Assembly: GCA_903901225.1 (NCBI GenBank)
Contig: CAIUQE010000037.1
Coordinates: 106,580 to 170,579 of the forward strand
Direction: 5' to 3'
Length of the DNA: 64,000 nt
From: Candidatus Omnitrophota bacterium
GTDB lineage: Bacteria > Omnitrophota > Gorgyraeia > Zapsychrales > Fredricksoniimonadaceae
This document shows positions 30,007 to 39,962 of the stretch, one piece after another. The notes under the pieces are model-generated. The model did not search any database. It had not been told where the DNA came from and saw only the letters and a program-made list of their open reading frames with translations. Position numbers and translations under genes: made by a program. The first letter of the stretch is position 1. Every line of letters starts with the position of its first letter.

Positions 30007-30477
30007 TTATGGTTCGTCAATGATCGCTGAATACATAAACCCGGATTTTTCATTAGAAAAATCTGCCCCGCAGGGGTCGCGTGGCAAATCCAACACCCGC
30101 TCCATCTCTCGTCGATCCTTCTTGGTCGGTCGCCCTTCGCCTTTCGCGCGACGCGGCGCCCATCCGCCCTTGATGAGGGCAAGCTTATTTCTTTCTTCTG
30201 GTGGGGTTATATCCTCACAGCACTCTTTTACAAGCTGAGCACCAACCCGTTTATCGATGCATTTCAAAACCCGATACTGCCAGCTGACACCTTCTTTTCG
30301 AACAACGATCACCTGCCCTATCTTTACATCCCGCGACGGCTTAACCGCCTGCCCGTCGATACTTACCTTATGCCTTTTACACAGATCAGTTGCTATCAAC
30401 CGCGTCTTGCAAATGCGCACCGACCACAACCATTTGTCGATCCGCACGCTGATTGAAACAGGATCAGGACCCGTCAC
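30007..30477 (-). CDS. S4-domain RNA-binding protein (Hsp15/YbcJ-like)
   Basis: VRIDKWLWSVRICKTRLIATDLCKRHKVSIDGQAVKPSRDVKIGQVIVV is a classic S4 fold signature; basic C-terminal tail. Confidence 0.65.
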   Translation of the reverse strand: MTGPDPVSISVRIDKWLWSVRICKTRLIATDLCKRHKVSIDGQAVKPSRDVKIGQVIVVRKEGVSWQYRVLKCIDKRVGAQLVKECCEDITPPEERNKLALIKGGWAPRRAKGEGRPTKKDRREMERVLDLPRDPCGADFSNEKSGFMYSAIIDEP

Positions 30478-30758
30478 GCATCCCCAAACTTATAATGCTT
30501 ACGCACGGGCTTCTTGACATGCCAGGTACAGCTTAAGCCCTGCGGGAATGTCACAAGATCCCCTTTTCCAAATGAAACAGATTCAAAAGGTGTCTTGAGC
30601 GTCACTTCACCCTCCAGGAACAAACAAACCTCTTTTTCATCATATTGCCAATCAAACGATGAGACCTCTTTGGTCCATATCGGCCAGGATCGCACGCCCA
30701 GATCGACAAGCCGTTGTTCGTACGGCTTTTCGACTATTACCTTAAATGTATGTGGCAT
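30474..30758 (-). CDS. Small cupin-domain protein
   Basis: 94 aa; beta-rich, two cupin-like motifs (G.LVTFPQG...W.V). Confidence 0.45.
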   Translation of the reverse strand: MPHTFKVIVEKPYEQRLVDLGVRSWPIWTKEVSSFDWQYDEKEVCLFLEGEVTLKTPFESVSFGKGDLVTFPQGLSCTWHVKKPVRKHYKFGDA

Positions 30759-30819
30759 TGGCTCTCCTCCTGATGGCTATGATCTCCAACTCCCACACTT
30801 CACGGGGAGGGGAAAATAA

Positions 30820-32037
30820 TTACTTTGTGAACCGTTGTGCGATATAATTTTCAAGGATCTGGATAAACTCTTCCTTGATATGGAGGCCTTTGAGGATTGC
30901 GGTCTTCTTCCCGTCCACATAGACCGGCGCGGCGGGATCTTCCATGGAACCGGGCAGGCTGATGCCGATATCCGCGTGGGCGCTTTCGCCGGGGCCGTTG
31001 ACCACACAGCCCATCACAGCGATCTTCAATGTTGCAACATCCGGGTATTTCTTTTTCCATTCCGTCATCCTGGCGGCAACATGCTCACGCACATCCCTGG
31101 CGAGCTCCTGAAAATAAACGCTCCGGGTACGTCCGCACCCCGGGCAACTGGTGATCCCCGGATAAAAATAACGGAAGCCCATGGACTGCAGGATATCCTG
31201 GCAAACCTCGACCTCGCGCGTGCGTGATATTCCCGGCTCCGGCGTCAACGACACGCGGATCGTATCGCCAATCCCCTGCTGAAGCAAAACCGCCAGTGCC
31301 GCGGCACTCGCCGCCACACCCTTGACCCCGCCGCCGGCCTCCGTCAGGCCAAGATGCAGGACATGGTCACACTCCGCCGCGATACGTTCATTGACATCGA
31401 TCGTGTCCTGCAGGACAGATAATTTCGCGCTGACCACCAGTTTCTCCCTGGGAAGACCTAACGCAAGGGCCGCCTGGCAGCTGGCCAAAGCGCTCTCGAC
31501 CATGGCATCAGCCATGATCTGCTTGACTGTGCGGGGCTGGGTTCGTTTGGCATTCTGGTTCATGAGCGCCGCCAAAAGGTCCTTGTCCAGCGACCCCCAG
31601 TTAACGCCGATGCGCACCGCCTTGTCATACCTGACCGCGAAGCCGATAATGGATGAAAAATTGCTGTCTTTCCGGACTCCCTGCCCAACATTCCCGGGAT
31701 TGACGCGGTATTTGTCCAGCGCCTTCGCCAGTTCCTCATGCCGGGCAAGGATCTCGTGGCCGTTGAAATGGAAATCCCCCACAACAGGCGTACGGACACC
31801 TGAAGCGCGCAGGGACCGGAGTGCTTCAAGCGCGCCGATGGCCGCCGCGTCATCATTGATGGTCCAGCGGACAAGCTCGGAACCGGCCTCGATCAGGTCA
31901 ATGGTCTGCCGCAGGGTCGCGGGGACATCAGCGGTCGGTGTGTCTGTCATGGACTGGACCACAACGGGATCATCCCCACCCATGCGGACATCCCCGATAA
32001 TAACAACCGGTGTTTTGCGACGGACTAATTTGGACAT
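30820..32037 (-). CDS. ispG: 4-hydroxy-3-methylbut-2-en-1-yl diphosphate synthase (flavodoxin)
   Basis: Supplied ORF to 32160; GcpE core with 4Fe-4S Cys ligands (GITSCPGCGRT ... MGCVVNGPGE); likely start MSKLVRRKT (cat 32035-32037). Confidence 0.93.
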   Translation of the reverse strand: MSKLVRRKTPVVIIGDVRMGGDDPVVVQSMTDTPTADVPATLRQTIDLIEAGSELVRWTINDDAAAIGALEALRSLRASGVRTPVVGDFHFNGHEILARHEELAKALDKYRVNPGNVGQGVRKDSNFSSIIGFAVRYDKAVRIGVNWGSLDKDLLAALMNQNAKRTQPRTVKQIMADAMVESALASCQAALALGLPREKLVVSAKLSVLQDTIDVNERIAAECDHVLHLGLTEAGGGVKGVAASAAALAVLLQQGIGDTIRVSLTPEPGISRTREVEVCQDILQSMGFRYFYPGITSCPGCGRTRSVYFQELARDVREHVAARMTEWKKKYPDVATLKIAVMGCVVNGPGESAHADIGISLPGSMEDPAAPVYVDGKKTAILKGLHIKEEFIQILENYIAQRFTK

Positions 32038-32104
32038 TATGGATTTACTCGGTTTAAGGTAATGATATAATGACCAATTGTAATGAAAGGAAGGGACATC
32101 AGCA

Positions 32105-33034
32105 ATGCAAATTTTCCTCGCGCGCACACAGGGTTTTTGCGCGGGTGTCGCCCGTGCCATCGAGGTCGTTGAACGGACCCTGGCCGCCCACGGTACGCCG
32201 CTGTATATCTTTCACGAGATCGTGCACAACACCTCCGTCGTCAACAGTTTCAAGGCCAGGGGCGTCGTGTTCGTGGATGACATCGCCGCGATACCTGACG
32301 GTCAGCGCGTGATCTTCAGCGCGCACGGCATTTCTCCCTGGGTCCTGGAAAACGCAAAGAAAAAGAACCTCGTCACCATCAACGCCACCTGCCCGCTGGT
32401 CACAAAAATACACAGGGAATCCGAAGGTTTTTCGCGGCAAAACATTCCGGTCGTCCTGATCGGGCACAAAGGCCACGAGGAAATGGTGGGCACCTCAGGC
32501 CACGTGCGCCCCGACCTGCTTCATATCATCTCCACGCGCGCGGATATTGAAAAACTCGACATTGACCCGCGCCAGAAAGTCGCCTACGTGACACAGACCA
32601 CCCTATCGGTCGACGACACCCGCACGCTCATCGCGCAGTTGCGGGAAAAATTCCCGCTGCTGACAGGCCCCGCGCGCGAGGACATCTGCTACGCGACCCA
32701 AAGCCGCCAGGATGCCATCAAAGAACTTGCAAGCCTTTGCGGCCAGAAGGGCCTCATCATAATCTGCGGGTCATCCAACAGCTCAAATTCAAACCGCTTG
32801 AGGGAAAAAGGCCAGCAACTCGGTGTCACCAGCATCATTGTGGACAATGCCAGTGACCTAGATCCTACGATCATTGACGGGGAAAAAAATATCGGGATAA
32901 GTTCGGGTGCTTCCGTGCCCCGCTACCTCGTGGACGAGATCGTGCTCAAGATCAGGGCTGTCTGCCCGCACGCTGAACTGATCAATTTCGACAACCCGGA
33001 AAAAGATGTTGTTTTTCCATTGCCCAGGATCTGA
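32105..33034 (+). CDS. ispH: 4-hydroxy-3-methylbut-2-enyl diphosphate reductase
   Basis: 309 aa; LytB signature GFCAGVARAI, HEIVHN, ATCPLVTKIH with the three Fe-S Cys. Confidence 0.93.
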   Translation: MQIFLARTQGFCAGVARAIEVVERTLAAHGTPLYIFHEIVHNTSVVNSFKARGVVFVDDIAAIPDGQRVIFSAHGISPWVLENAKKKNLVTINATCPLVTKIHRESEGFSRQNIPVVLIGHKGHEEMVGTSGHVRPDLLHIISTRADIEKLDIDPRQKVAYVTQTTLSVDDTRTLIAQLREKFPLLTGPAREDICYATQSRQDAIKELASLCGQKGLIIICGSSNSSNSNRLREKGQQLGVTSIIVDNASDLDPTIIDGEKNIGISSGASVPRYLVDEIVLKIRAVCPHAELINFDNPEKDVVFPLPRI

Positions 33035-33035
33035 C

Positions 33036-33995
33036 ATGGACTTGTCTTGCCTCAATGATCTCGACGTAAAGATCGAAAGGGATACGCCCCTCAGCCGTCA
33101 CACGACTTTCAAGCTGGGTGGAAAGTGCCCTGCTGTCATCGAATGCCGCGACGCCAAGATCCTTCAGGCAACCGTCACGCGCCTGCGGGACCACCGCATT
33201 GACTTTTTGCTGATGGGGTTTGGCTCCAATATCCTCGCTTCTGATAATGGTTGTGACAAAGTCATTGTCCGCTACACATCTGCCTTGCCCCTCATTCAAC
33301 GGGAAGAAAATATCATCACCACCGATGCCGCCACCCCGCTCGACAGCCTCGCGGCGTATGCCGCTGACGCGGGGCTCGACGGCCTTACAGCCATGTTCGG
33401 GATCCCCGGCACTGCCGGCGGCGCGATCGCGGGCAACGCGGGCGCTTACGGCGAGCAGATATCCGACCATCTTCAAAGCGTCAACGTCCTTAGAAAAGAC
33501 TCCTCCATCGCGACGTTGCCCACGGCGTCCATCCCGTTCTCCTACCGCGATTCACCGTTCAAACATAATGGAGACATCCTGCTGACAGCATCGTTCGCCC
33601 TGACACCGCTGACCAAAGACGCGCTTCACGCCAAACGGGACAAGGTGCTCAAGGAGAGGAAATTCAAGCTGGATTTTTGGCAGCATTATCCCTGCGCCGG
33701 ATCGTTCTTCCGCAACGTGGCCCCGACTTCCAATGCTGGACAGCGCCGGGCCGCGGGATGGTTCCTGGAACAGGCCGGCGCCAAAGACCTTTGCCTCAAC
33801 GGCGCCCGGACCTACGCCGAACACGCCAATATCATCACCCATGCGGATGGCGCGACGGCCCAGGACGTTTACGAACTTTCCCTGAAAATGGCCGCGCTTG
33901 TCAAAGCCAAATTTGATATTGATCTGGTGCGTGAAGTACGGCTTCTGGGGAAATTCAAAGGAATGGCTGCCAGCGATCCCAAAGGATACTGGTAA
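33036..33995 (+). CDS. murB: UDP-N-acetylenolpyruvoylglucosamine reductase
   Basis: FAD-binding TTFKLGG ... GFGSNIL and C-terminal MurB domain; ATG at 33036 is 2 nt after the ispH stop (supplied ORF starts at 33006). Confidence 0.88.
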   Translation: MDLSCLNDLDVKIERDTPLSRHTTFKLGGKCPAVIECRDAKILQATVTRLRDHRIDFLLMGFGSNILASDNGCDKVIVRYTSALPLIQREENIITTDAATPLDSLAAYAADAGLDGLTAMFGIPGTAGGAIAGNAGAYGEQISDHLQSVNVLRKDSSIATLPTASIPFSYRDSPFKHNGDILLTASFALTPLTKDALHAKRDKVLKERKFKLDFWQHYPCAGSFFRNVAPTSNAGQRRAAGWFLEQAGAKDLCLNGARTYAEHANIITHADGATAQDVYELSLKMAALVKAKFDIDLVREVRLLGKFKGMAASDPKGYW

Positions 33996-34004
33996 AGCAG
34001 GTCG

Positions 34005-34460
34005 CTACTCTGTTGAAACGGTCTTCTTCTGATCCAAAGCGCCGTTCATGGTATGCCAGGCGAGGATCGCGCATTTGACACGACTGGGGTATTTCCATAT
34101 CCCGGAAAAGACTGTGAGCTTCCCCAGGTGCTGCTCCGGCGATGCCGGATCAAGTTCTTTGGTCACAAGCTTCCTGAATTCCTCAAACAGAGCCTTGGCT
34201 TCAGCGACAGTTTTTCCCTTCAACGCGACCGTCATCATGGACCCGGATGCTTTTGAAATAGCGCACCCGTCGCCATGGAACGCCGCCTCCTCGATCACAC
34301 CGCTGTCGCTGACCCTCAAATAAACATGCAGATGATCGCCGCAGAGCGGATTGTAACCTTCCGCTTCATGCGAACAGGGTGAAAGCTCGACGAAATTGCG
34401 CGGGCGCTTGTTGTGCTCAAGGATAACCTGCTGATAAAGATCTTCGCTATGTGTTGTCAT
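34005..34460 (-). CDS. sufU: SufU/IscU-like Fe-S cluster assembly sulfur-acceptor protein
   Basis: Conserved Cys ligands NPLCGDHL ... HGDGCAISKAS; likely start MTTHSEDLYQQ; supplied ORF has a 42-codon extension into the hairpin-rich intergenic region. Confidence 0.8.
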   Translation of the reverse strand: MTTHSEDLYQQVILEHNKRPRNFVELSPCSHEAEGYNPLCGDHLHVYLRVSDSGVIEEAAFHGDGCAISKASGSMMTVALKGKTVAEAKALFEEFRKLVTKELDPASPEQHLGKLTVFSGIWKYPSRVKCAILAWHTMNGALDQKKTVSTE

Positions 34461-34527
34461 AATACACGTCCAATTTAGATAGTACGTTTCGTCAATAACG
34501 ATATTTGAGCAGGAATTGTGTGTAGGG

Positions 34528-34626
34528 GCGGACCTTGCCTGCCTGTCGGCAGACAGGTGTCCGCCCGATGAAGCGGGCCGAGACAAGCTCGGCCCCTACG
34601 CTCAATCTGGACAACAAAATGTTGTC
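34528..34626 (-). promoter_or_regulatory. Three closely spaced stem-loops in the sufS-sufU intergenic region (REP-like or processing/attenuation element)
   Basis: Nested ggcggac ... cctgtc-ggca-gacagg ... gtccgcc (34528-34565); gggccgag-acaag-ctcggccc (34575-34595); gacaaca-aaa-tgttgtc (34610-34626). Confidence 0.4.
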
Positions 34627-34637
34627 ATAAACTCCTG

Positions 34638-35867
34638 TTATTCATGAAAGATCTTGATGCTTTTTTTCAGCGCCGCCGCAAAAATGTCCAGCTCTTCTTT
34701 CGTGTTATAGAAAGCGAGCGACGCGCGCGCCGTGCCGGGAATGCCGAAATGTTTCATGACCGGTTGGGTGCAGTGATGGCCGGTGCGAATGGCGACGCCT
34801 TCCCTGTCAACCAGGGTCCCTATGTCATGGGCATGGATGCCGTCGATCACGAATGAGAATATGGGCGCCTTCTCTTTGGCCATGCCGATCATCCTGAGGC
34901 CAGGCACCTGTGAAAGGACCTTGTGGCCATGAGCTAGAAGGTCCTTCTTATAAGCGATCAATGCGCCCGCGTCAAGGCTGTTAACGTAGGAGATCGCCTC
35001 GCCGAGCGCGATGACACCCGCAATATTGGGCGTGCCAGCCTCGAACTTGTAGGGCAAACGGTTAAAAATGGTCTTTTCAAACGTGACGCTCAGGATCATG
35101 TCGCCGCCACTCTGGTACGGGGGCATGCTTTCCAGAAGTTTCTCCTTCGCGTAAAGGACGCCAACGCCCGTCGGGCCGTAAAGTTTATGGCCGGAGAATA
35201 CGAGGAAATCACAGTCCAGGTCCCCGACATCAATGGGCGCGTGTGACACGCTCTGCGCCGCGTCAACCAGCGCCAACGCTCCGGCAGCATGGGCCAGGCG
35301 GATGATCTCCTTCACGGGATTGACCGTCCCCAGAGAATTCGACACATGGACGACCGACACCAGCTTTGTCCGCGGCGAGAGGAGCTTGCGATATTCCTCC
35401 AGGATCAACTCCCCGTTATCATCGAAGGGGATCACCTTGAGCACACAGCCGGTCTCTTCGCGAAGAAGCTGCCACGGCACGATATTCGAATGGTGCTCCA
35501 TCTCGGAGATAATGATCTCGTCTCCCGACTTGATGAACTTGCGGCCGTAACTCGCGGCCACAAGATTGATGGATTCCGTCGAACCTTTCGTAAAGATGAT
35601 CTCGAACGTGTTACGGGCGCCCAGGAACGCCCTGACCTTCTCGCGCGAAGATTCATATTCAGCCGTGGCTTCTTCGCTCAGATAATGCACCCCGCGATGG
35701 ATGTTGGCCGTACGATGGCAATAGTGGGAATGGGTCGACGAAATGACCTGGCATGGCTTGAACGTCGTGGCGGCGTTATCAAAATAAATGATCGGTTTAT
35801 CATCCCTTCCGCGCGTGGCCAGGTTCGGAAAATCACCGCGTATCTTGTCAATGTCGAGAACAGGCAT
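34638..35867 (-). CDS. sufS: Cysteine desulfurase SufS (class V aminotransferase)
   Basis: 409 aa; PLP-Lys FSGHKLYGPTGVGVL and catalytic Cys RTGHHCTQP. Confidence 0.93.
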   Translation of the reverse strand: MPVLDIDKIRGDFPNLATRGRDDKPIIYFDNAATTFKPCQVISSTHSHYCHRTANIHRGVHYLSEEATAEYESSREKVRAFLGARNTFEIIFTKGSTESINLVAASYGRKFIKSGDEIIISEMEHHSNIVPWQLLREETGCVLKVIPFDDNGELILEEYRKLLSPRTKLVSVVHVSNSLGTVNPVKEIIRLAHAAGALALVDAAQSVSHAPIDVGDLDCDFLVFSGHKLYGPTGVGVLYAKEKLLESMPPYQSGGDMILSVTFEKTIFNRLPYKFEAGTPNIAGVIALGEAISYVNSLDAGALIAYKKDLLAHGHKVLSQVPGLRMIGMAKEKAPIFSFVIDGIHAHDIGTLVDREGVAIRTGHHCTQPVMKHFGIPGTARASLAFYNTKEELDIFAAALKKSIKIFHE

Positions 35868-35870
35868 GTA

Positions 35871-36689
35871 TTACCTCAGGCTCCTTTGAACTTCATTTTT
35901 TAACCGGGGATCACTGATCCGGTCGACCACATCCTCGACAAAGCCGTTGGTGAGCATCTCACCGGCCGCGGCCTTGTCGATGCCGCGCGTCTGCAGATAA
36001 AACAGCTGGTCATGGTCCATGTGCCCGATCGTGGCCCCATGGGAACATTTGACATCATCCGCGAATATCTCAAGCTCTGGCCTTGTATCCGCGCGCGCCT
36101 GGGTGCTCAACAACATGTTCTTGTTCAACTGGTACGCGTTGGTCAATTGCGCTTCACGGCGGACAAGGATCCTGCCATTGAACAAAGAATATGACGTGTC
36201 ACGCAGCAGGCATTTATAAAGCTGATCGCTGGTCGTTGAAGGCGCGGCGTGTTCAATGTTCGTGGTGCTTTCCGCCTTGGCCTCACCGGCAAGCAGGTGC
36301 AGCCCGTTCAAAAAAACCCCGGCACCGGCCCCTTCGAGAACCACATTGATATCATCGCTGACGCCGGACTCTCCTCTGGTAAAGAAAAACGACCTCAAAC
36401 AACTGCCCGCGGCCAGGCGCGCCTTAAAATGCGACACGCAAGGACTGATGCCGTCCGCCCGCGCGACACGCAATATCTCAAGATGAGCGCCTTCTTCAAG
36501 GACCGCTTCGACCTCGGAAGGACCAAAATTACCCGCGACAGCAACACGGGCACCTTCCTCCACATGAAGGACGATATGCCGAGCACCCGCGGGAATGCGC
36601 ATAATATCCGTTGCCTCTGAACGGCGGCGGAAGCGAAAGATCTGAGGGACAGCGGTCAAATGATCCATATCAGGCGATGAGCCAATCAT
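35871..36689 (-). CDS. sufD: Fe-S cluster assembly protein SufD (short form)
   Basis: 272 aa; beta-helix SufBD C-terminal core (LLSTQARADTRPELEIFADDVKCSHGAT). Confidence 0.75.
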   Translation of the reverse strand: MIGSSPDMDHLTAVPQIFRFRRRSEATDIMRIPAGARHIVLHVEEGARVAVAGNFGPSEVEAVLEEGAHLEILRVARADGISPCVSHFKARLAAGSCLRSFFFTRGESGVSDDINVVLEGAGAGVFLNGLHLLAGEAKAESTTNIEHAAPSTTSDQLYKCLLRDTSYSLFNGRILVRREAQLTNAYQLNKNMLLSTQARADTRPELEIFADDVKCSHGATIGHMDHDQLFYLQTRGIDKAAAGEMLTNGFVEDVVDRISDPRLKNEVQRSLR

Positions 36690-37422
36690 ACCCTTTCTCT
36701 TCGATCTGCAGGGCTAGTTCAGGCCCCGCCGTCTTGATGATGCGCCCCTGGTAAAGGACATGGACGATATCCGGCTTGATATAATTCAGCAAGCGCTGGT
36801 AATGCGTGATGACCACCATGGCATTGCGCTTGGTCCGCAGGACATTGACCCCGTGGGCCACGATCTTCATCGAATCCACGTCAAGACCGGAGTCCGTCTC
36901 GTCCAGGACGGCAAGCCTGGGATTGAGGACCGCCATTTGAAGGATCTCGTTGCGCTTCTTCTCACCACCGGAAAAATCGACGTTGACGGCCCGGTCGATA
37001 TATTTCTCGTCCATCTCCAGGACTTTCATCTTTTCACGAATAAAAGGGTCGAAATCAAGGGGATCCATTTCCGCCAACCCGTGATGGCGGGCCAGCGCGT
37101 TATAAGAAGAACGGAGGAATTCAGACGTCGGCACGCCGGGGATCTCGACAGGATACTGGAACGCCAGGAAAATGCCTTCACGGGCGCGCAGGTCAGGCTC
37201 CATGGCCGCGATATTTGTCATCGCGCCGTTGATCTCGAATTCAATGCTCCCTCTGTCAACCGTATACTGGGGATGCCCGGCCACGATCTTGGAAAGGGTG
37301 CTTTTGCCGGAACCATTGGGGCCCATGATGGCATGCACCTCCCCGGCTTTAACGGAAAGGTCCAGCCCCTTCAATATCTGATGCCCGTCGACGCTAGCGT
37401 AAAGGTCTTTGATGTTCAGCAT
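36670..37422 (-). CDS. sufC: Fe-S cluster assembly ATPase SufC
   Basis: 250 aa; Walker A GPNGSGKST, ABC signature FSGGEKKR, Walker B AVLDETDSGLD. Confidence 0.95.
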   Translation of the reverse strand: MLNIKDLYASVDGHQILKGLDLSVKAGEVHAIMGPNGSGKSTLSKIVAGHPQYTVDRGSIEFEINGAMTNIAAMEPDLRAREGIFLAFQYPVEIPGVPTSEFLRSSYNALARHHGLAEMDPLDFDPFIREKMKVLEMDEKYIDRAVNVDFSGGEKKRNEILQMAVLNPRLAVLDETDSGLDVDSMKIVAHGVNVLRTKRNAMVVITHYQRLLNYIKPDIVHVLYQGRIIKTAGPELALQIEEKGYDWLIA

Positions 37423-37430
37423 GATGTCTC

Positions 37431-38888
37431 CTAACCGACACTGTTCTCCAGTTTCATCTCCAGCAGCCTTACCGCCTCGACAGCAAACTCAAGGGGCAGG
37501 GTCTTGAATACGTCCTTGCAAAAACCATTGATGACCAGCGCGATAGCTTCTTCCTTGTTAAGACCGCGCGACTGCAAGTAAAAAACCTGCTCGGCGCTGA
37601 TCTTTGAGGTGGTCGCTTCGTGCTCCAGGGTCGCCGAGTTGTTCTTGACCTCGATGCGGGGAAAAGTGTTCGCGCTGCAATTGTTGCCCACCAGCATGGA
37701 GTCGCACTGTGAAAAATTACGGGCATTTTCCGCCGAGGGCATGATCTTGACGAGCCCGCGGTAACTGTTATGTGAAAAATCGGAAGAAATCCCCTTGGAA
37801 ATGATCGTGCTGCGCGTGTTGCGCCCCATATGGATCATTTTTGTGCCCGTATCCGCGTTCATGCGGTTGCTGGTCAGGGCCACCGAATAAAATTCGCCCA
37901 CCGCATTGTCGCCCTTGAGGATCACACTGGGATATTTCCAGGTAATGGCGCTGCCCGCCTCGACCTGGGTCCACGATATCTTGGAATTCACGCCGGCGCA
38001 CATGCCGCGCTTGGTCACGAAATTATAGATCCCGCCGCGGCCTTCCTTGTCGCCGGCATACCAGTTCTGGACCGTTGAATATTTGATCTGGGCATCATCA
38101 AGGGCGATCAGCTCAACCACGGCGGCGTGTAGCTGGTTCTCGTCGCGCACCGGCGCGGTACATCCTTCAAGATAACTGACATACGCGCCTTTTTCCGCGA
38201 TGATCAGCGTGCGCTCGAACTGCCCCGTATCCTTGGCGTTGATACGGAAATATGTCGAAAGGTCAACCGGGCAACGCACGCCCTCGGGTATGTAGCAAAA
38301 TGACCCGTCGGTAAAAACGGCGGCATTAAGCGCGGCAAAGAAATTGTCGGTGTGCGGGACAACACTGCCCATGTATTTTTTGACAAGTTCCGGGCATTTG
38401 CGCAACGCTTCGGAAATAGGGCAAAAAATGATGCCTAATTTCTCAAGGTCCTTCTGGTGCGTCGTACCGACGGAGACACTGTCGAATACCGCGTCAACCG
38501 CGACCCCGGCCAGGCGCTTTTGCTCCGTCAGGGGTATCCCCAGCTTTTCAAAAGCTTTCACAACCTCGGCATCCACCTCATCGAGACTGCTGGGCCCTGT
38601 CCCCTTCTTTTTGGGTGCGGAATAATATCGGATATCCTGGTAATCGATCGGCGCGTACTTGAAATTCGCCCAGTGCGGCTCTTTCATCCCCAACCAGTGG
38701 CGATACGCTTTCAACCTCCACTCCAGCATAAAGGCAGGCTCATCCTTCTTGCGTGAAATGAAGGCAATGATCTGCTCATTCAGGCCCTTGGGCGCGGCAT
38801 CAGCCTCGACATCCGTGATAAAGCCGTACTTGTATCCGCCAGGCTCGACGGGATATGAATTCTGGAGAACTTCACTCTTGTCTGACAT
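37431..38888 (-). CDS. sufB: Fe-S cluster assembly protein SufB
   Basis: 485 aa; conserved SufB core incl. C-terminal [21 protein letters not shown]. Confidence 0.95.
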   Translation of the reverse strand: MSDKSEVLQNSYPVEPGGYKYGFITDVEADAAPKGLNEQIIAFISRKKDEPAFMLEWRLKAYRHWLGMKEPHWANFKYAPIDYQDIRYYSAPKKKGTGPSSLDEVDAEVVKAFEKLGIPLTEQKRLAGVAVDAVFDSVSVGTTHQKDLEKLGIIFCPISEALRKCPELVKKYMGSVVPHTDNFFAALNAAVFTDGSFCYIPEGVRCPVDLSTYFRINAKDTGQFERTLIIAEKGAYVSYLEGCTAPVRDENQLHAAVVELIALDDAQIKYSTVQNWYAGDKEGRGGIYNFVTKRGMCAGVNSKISWTQVEAGSAITWKYPSVILKGDNAVGEFYSVALTSNRMNADTGTKMIHMGRNTRSTIISKGISSDFSHNSYRGLVKIMPSAENARNFSQCDSMLVGNNCSANTFPRIEVKNNSATLEHEATTSKISAEQVFYLQSRGLNKEEAIALVINGFCKDVFKTLPLEFAVEAVRLLEMKLENSVG

Positions 38889-38894
38889 AAATTC

Positions 38895-39293
38895 CTAGAT
38901 CATTTCCAGTACAGGGACATCCTTGAAAGTCCTGACCACCTTCGCGTTCAGCTTGACCATGGCCCCCTTGAGGACACAATGCTCAAGGCGCTCGCATGAA
39001 GCTTTCGCCGCGGCACAGTCCGTAACGGAGAACTCTCCGACAACAGTGCGGCTCAATTCATACACCGTTAATTTTCCAAGATCGCCCGCCAGCCGGTAGC
39101 CGCCGTAAGCGCCCTGCTCGGCTTTCAGTATCCCCTGCTGGGACATCAACTGAAGGACCCGCGAGGTAGGATCAAACGGAATATCGTATTTGGAACATAT
39201 CTCCTTGGCCGTGACCAGGCGGTCTTCGCCGGAACGGGCCATGTGCTTCAACGCGATAAGCGCGTATTTAAGCTTTTTATGGATCTTGAACAT
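38895..39293 (-). CDS. Rrf2-family transcriptional regulator (IscR/SufR-like)
   Basis: 132 aa; N-terminal wHTH KLKYALIALKHMA and C-terminal Cys cluster (TDCAAAKASCERLEHC) suggesting Fe-S sensing. Confidence 0.85.
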   Translation of the reverse strand: MFKIHKKLKYALIALKHMARSGEDRLVTAKEICSKYDIPFDPTSRVLQLMSQQGILKAEQGAYGGYRLAGDLGKLTVYELSRTVVGEFSVTDCAAAKASCERLEHCVLKGAMVKLNAKVVRTFKDVPVLEMI

Positions 39294-39296
39294 CCC

Positions 39297-39899
39297 TTAT
39301 CCTAACTGCACCACGATGTCAGGCCTGTACTGGTCCTGAAGGATATTCTGGATGGCGAAGAGCGTCCCCATCCCCCCATGCGGACAACAGCCACAGGCGC
39401 CCTGGTAGCTGATCGTCAGGACATTTCCCTCCAGGGATACCACCTGGAGATCCCCGCCGTCGCGCTGCAACGCCGGGCGTATGGTGGAATCCAGGATGGC
39501 GCTGATCCTGGCCAGTTCACCGGAAAGAGCTTCACCGCCACCCGCCTTGTTGGCGGCAATTTCGAACGAAGGGTTATGCCCCGCGATGTTCTGTAAAATA
39601 GCATCCTTGATCGATCCCTCAAGAACATCCCAGTTGCCATCACCGTTCTGGGTCACGGTAATGAACTTGCCGGAAAAATATACCTCGGTCACATGGTCCA
39701 GCTTGACCAGCGCCGCGGCCAGCGGGACCGTCAACGCATCCGCCGACGAGCGGAAGATCGCGCTGTCCGTGGTTTTGACCGGAACATTCAGCACAAATTT
39801 TAAAGCATTCGGGTTGGGTGTGGGTTGGGTCGTTACTGTGTAGTCCATGGTTTTCTCCTTGTTGTGAGCTATCATATCGCCCGGGTTTAAATCCGTCAA
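39297..39899 (-). CDS. Nfu/NifU-family Fe-S scaffold/carrier protein
   Basis: Nfu_N-like N-terminal half plus C-terminal NifU domain with CxxC (GACGCCP). Confidence 0.72.
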   Translation of the reverse strand: MTDLNPGDMIAHNKEKTMDYTVTTQPTPNPNALKFVLNVPVKTTDSAIFRSSADALTVPLAAALVKLDHVTEVYFSGKFITVTQNGDGNWDVLEGSIKDAILQNIAGHNPSFEIAANKAGGGEALSGELARISAILDSTIRPALQRDGGDLQVVSLEGNVLTISYQGACGCCPHGGMGTLFAIQNILQDQYRPDIVVQLG

Positions 39900-39962
39900 A
39901 TAATTACTTATTTAAATCCACCTAACGTTAACACGGGAAAAGAGCTCTCTCCGCTGCGAACC

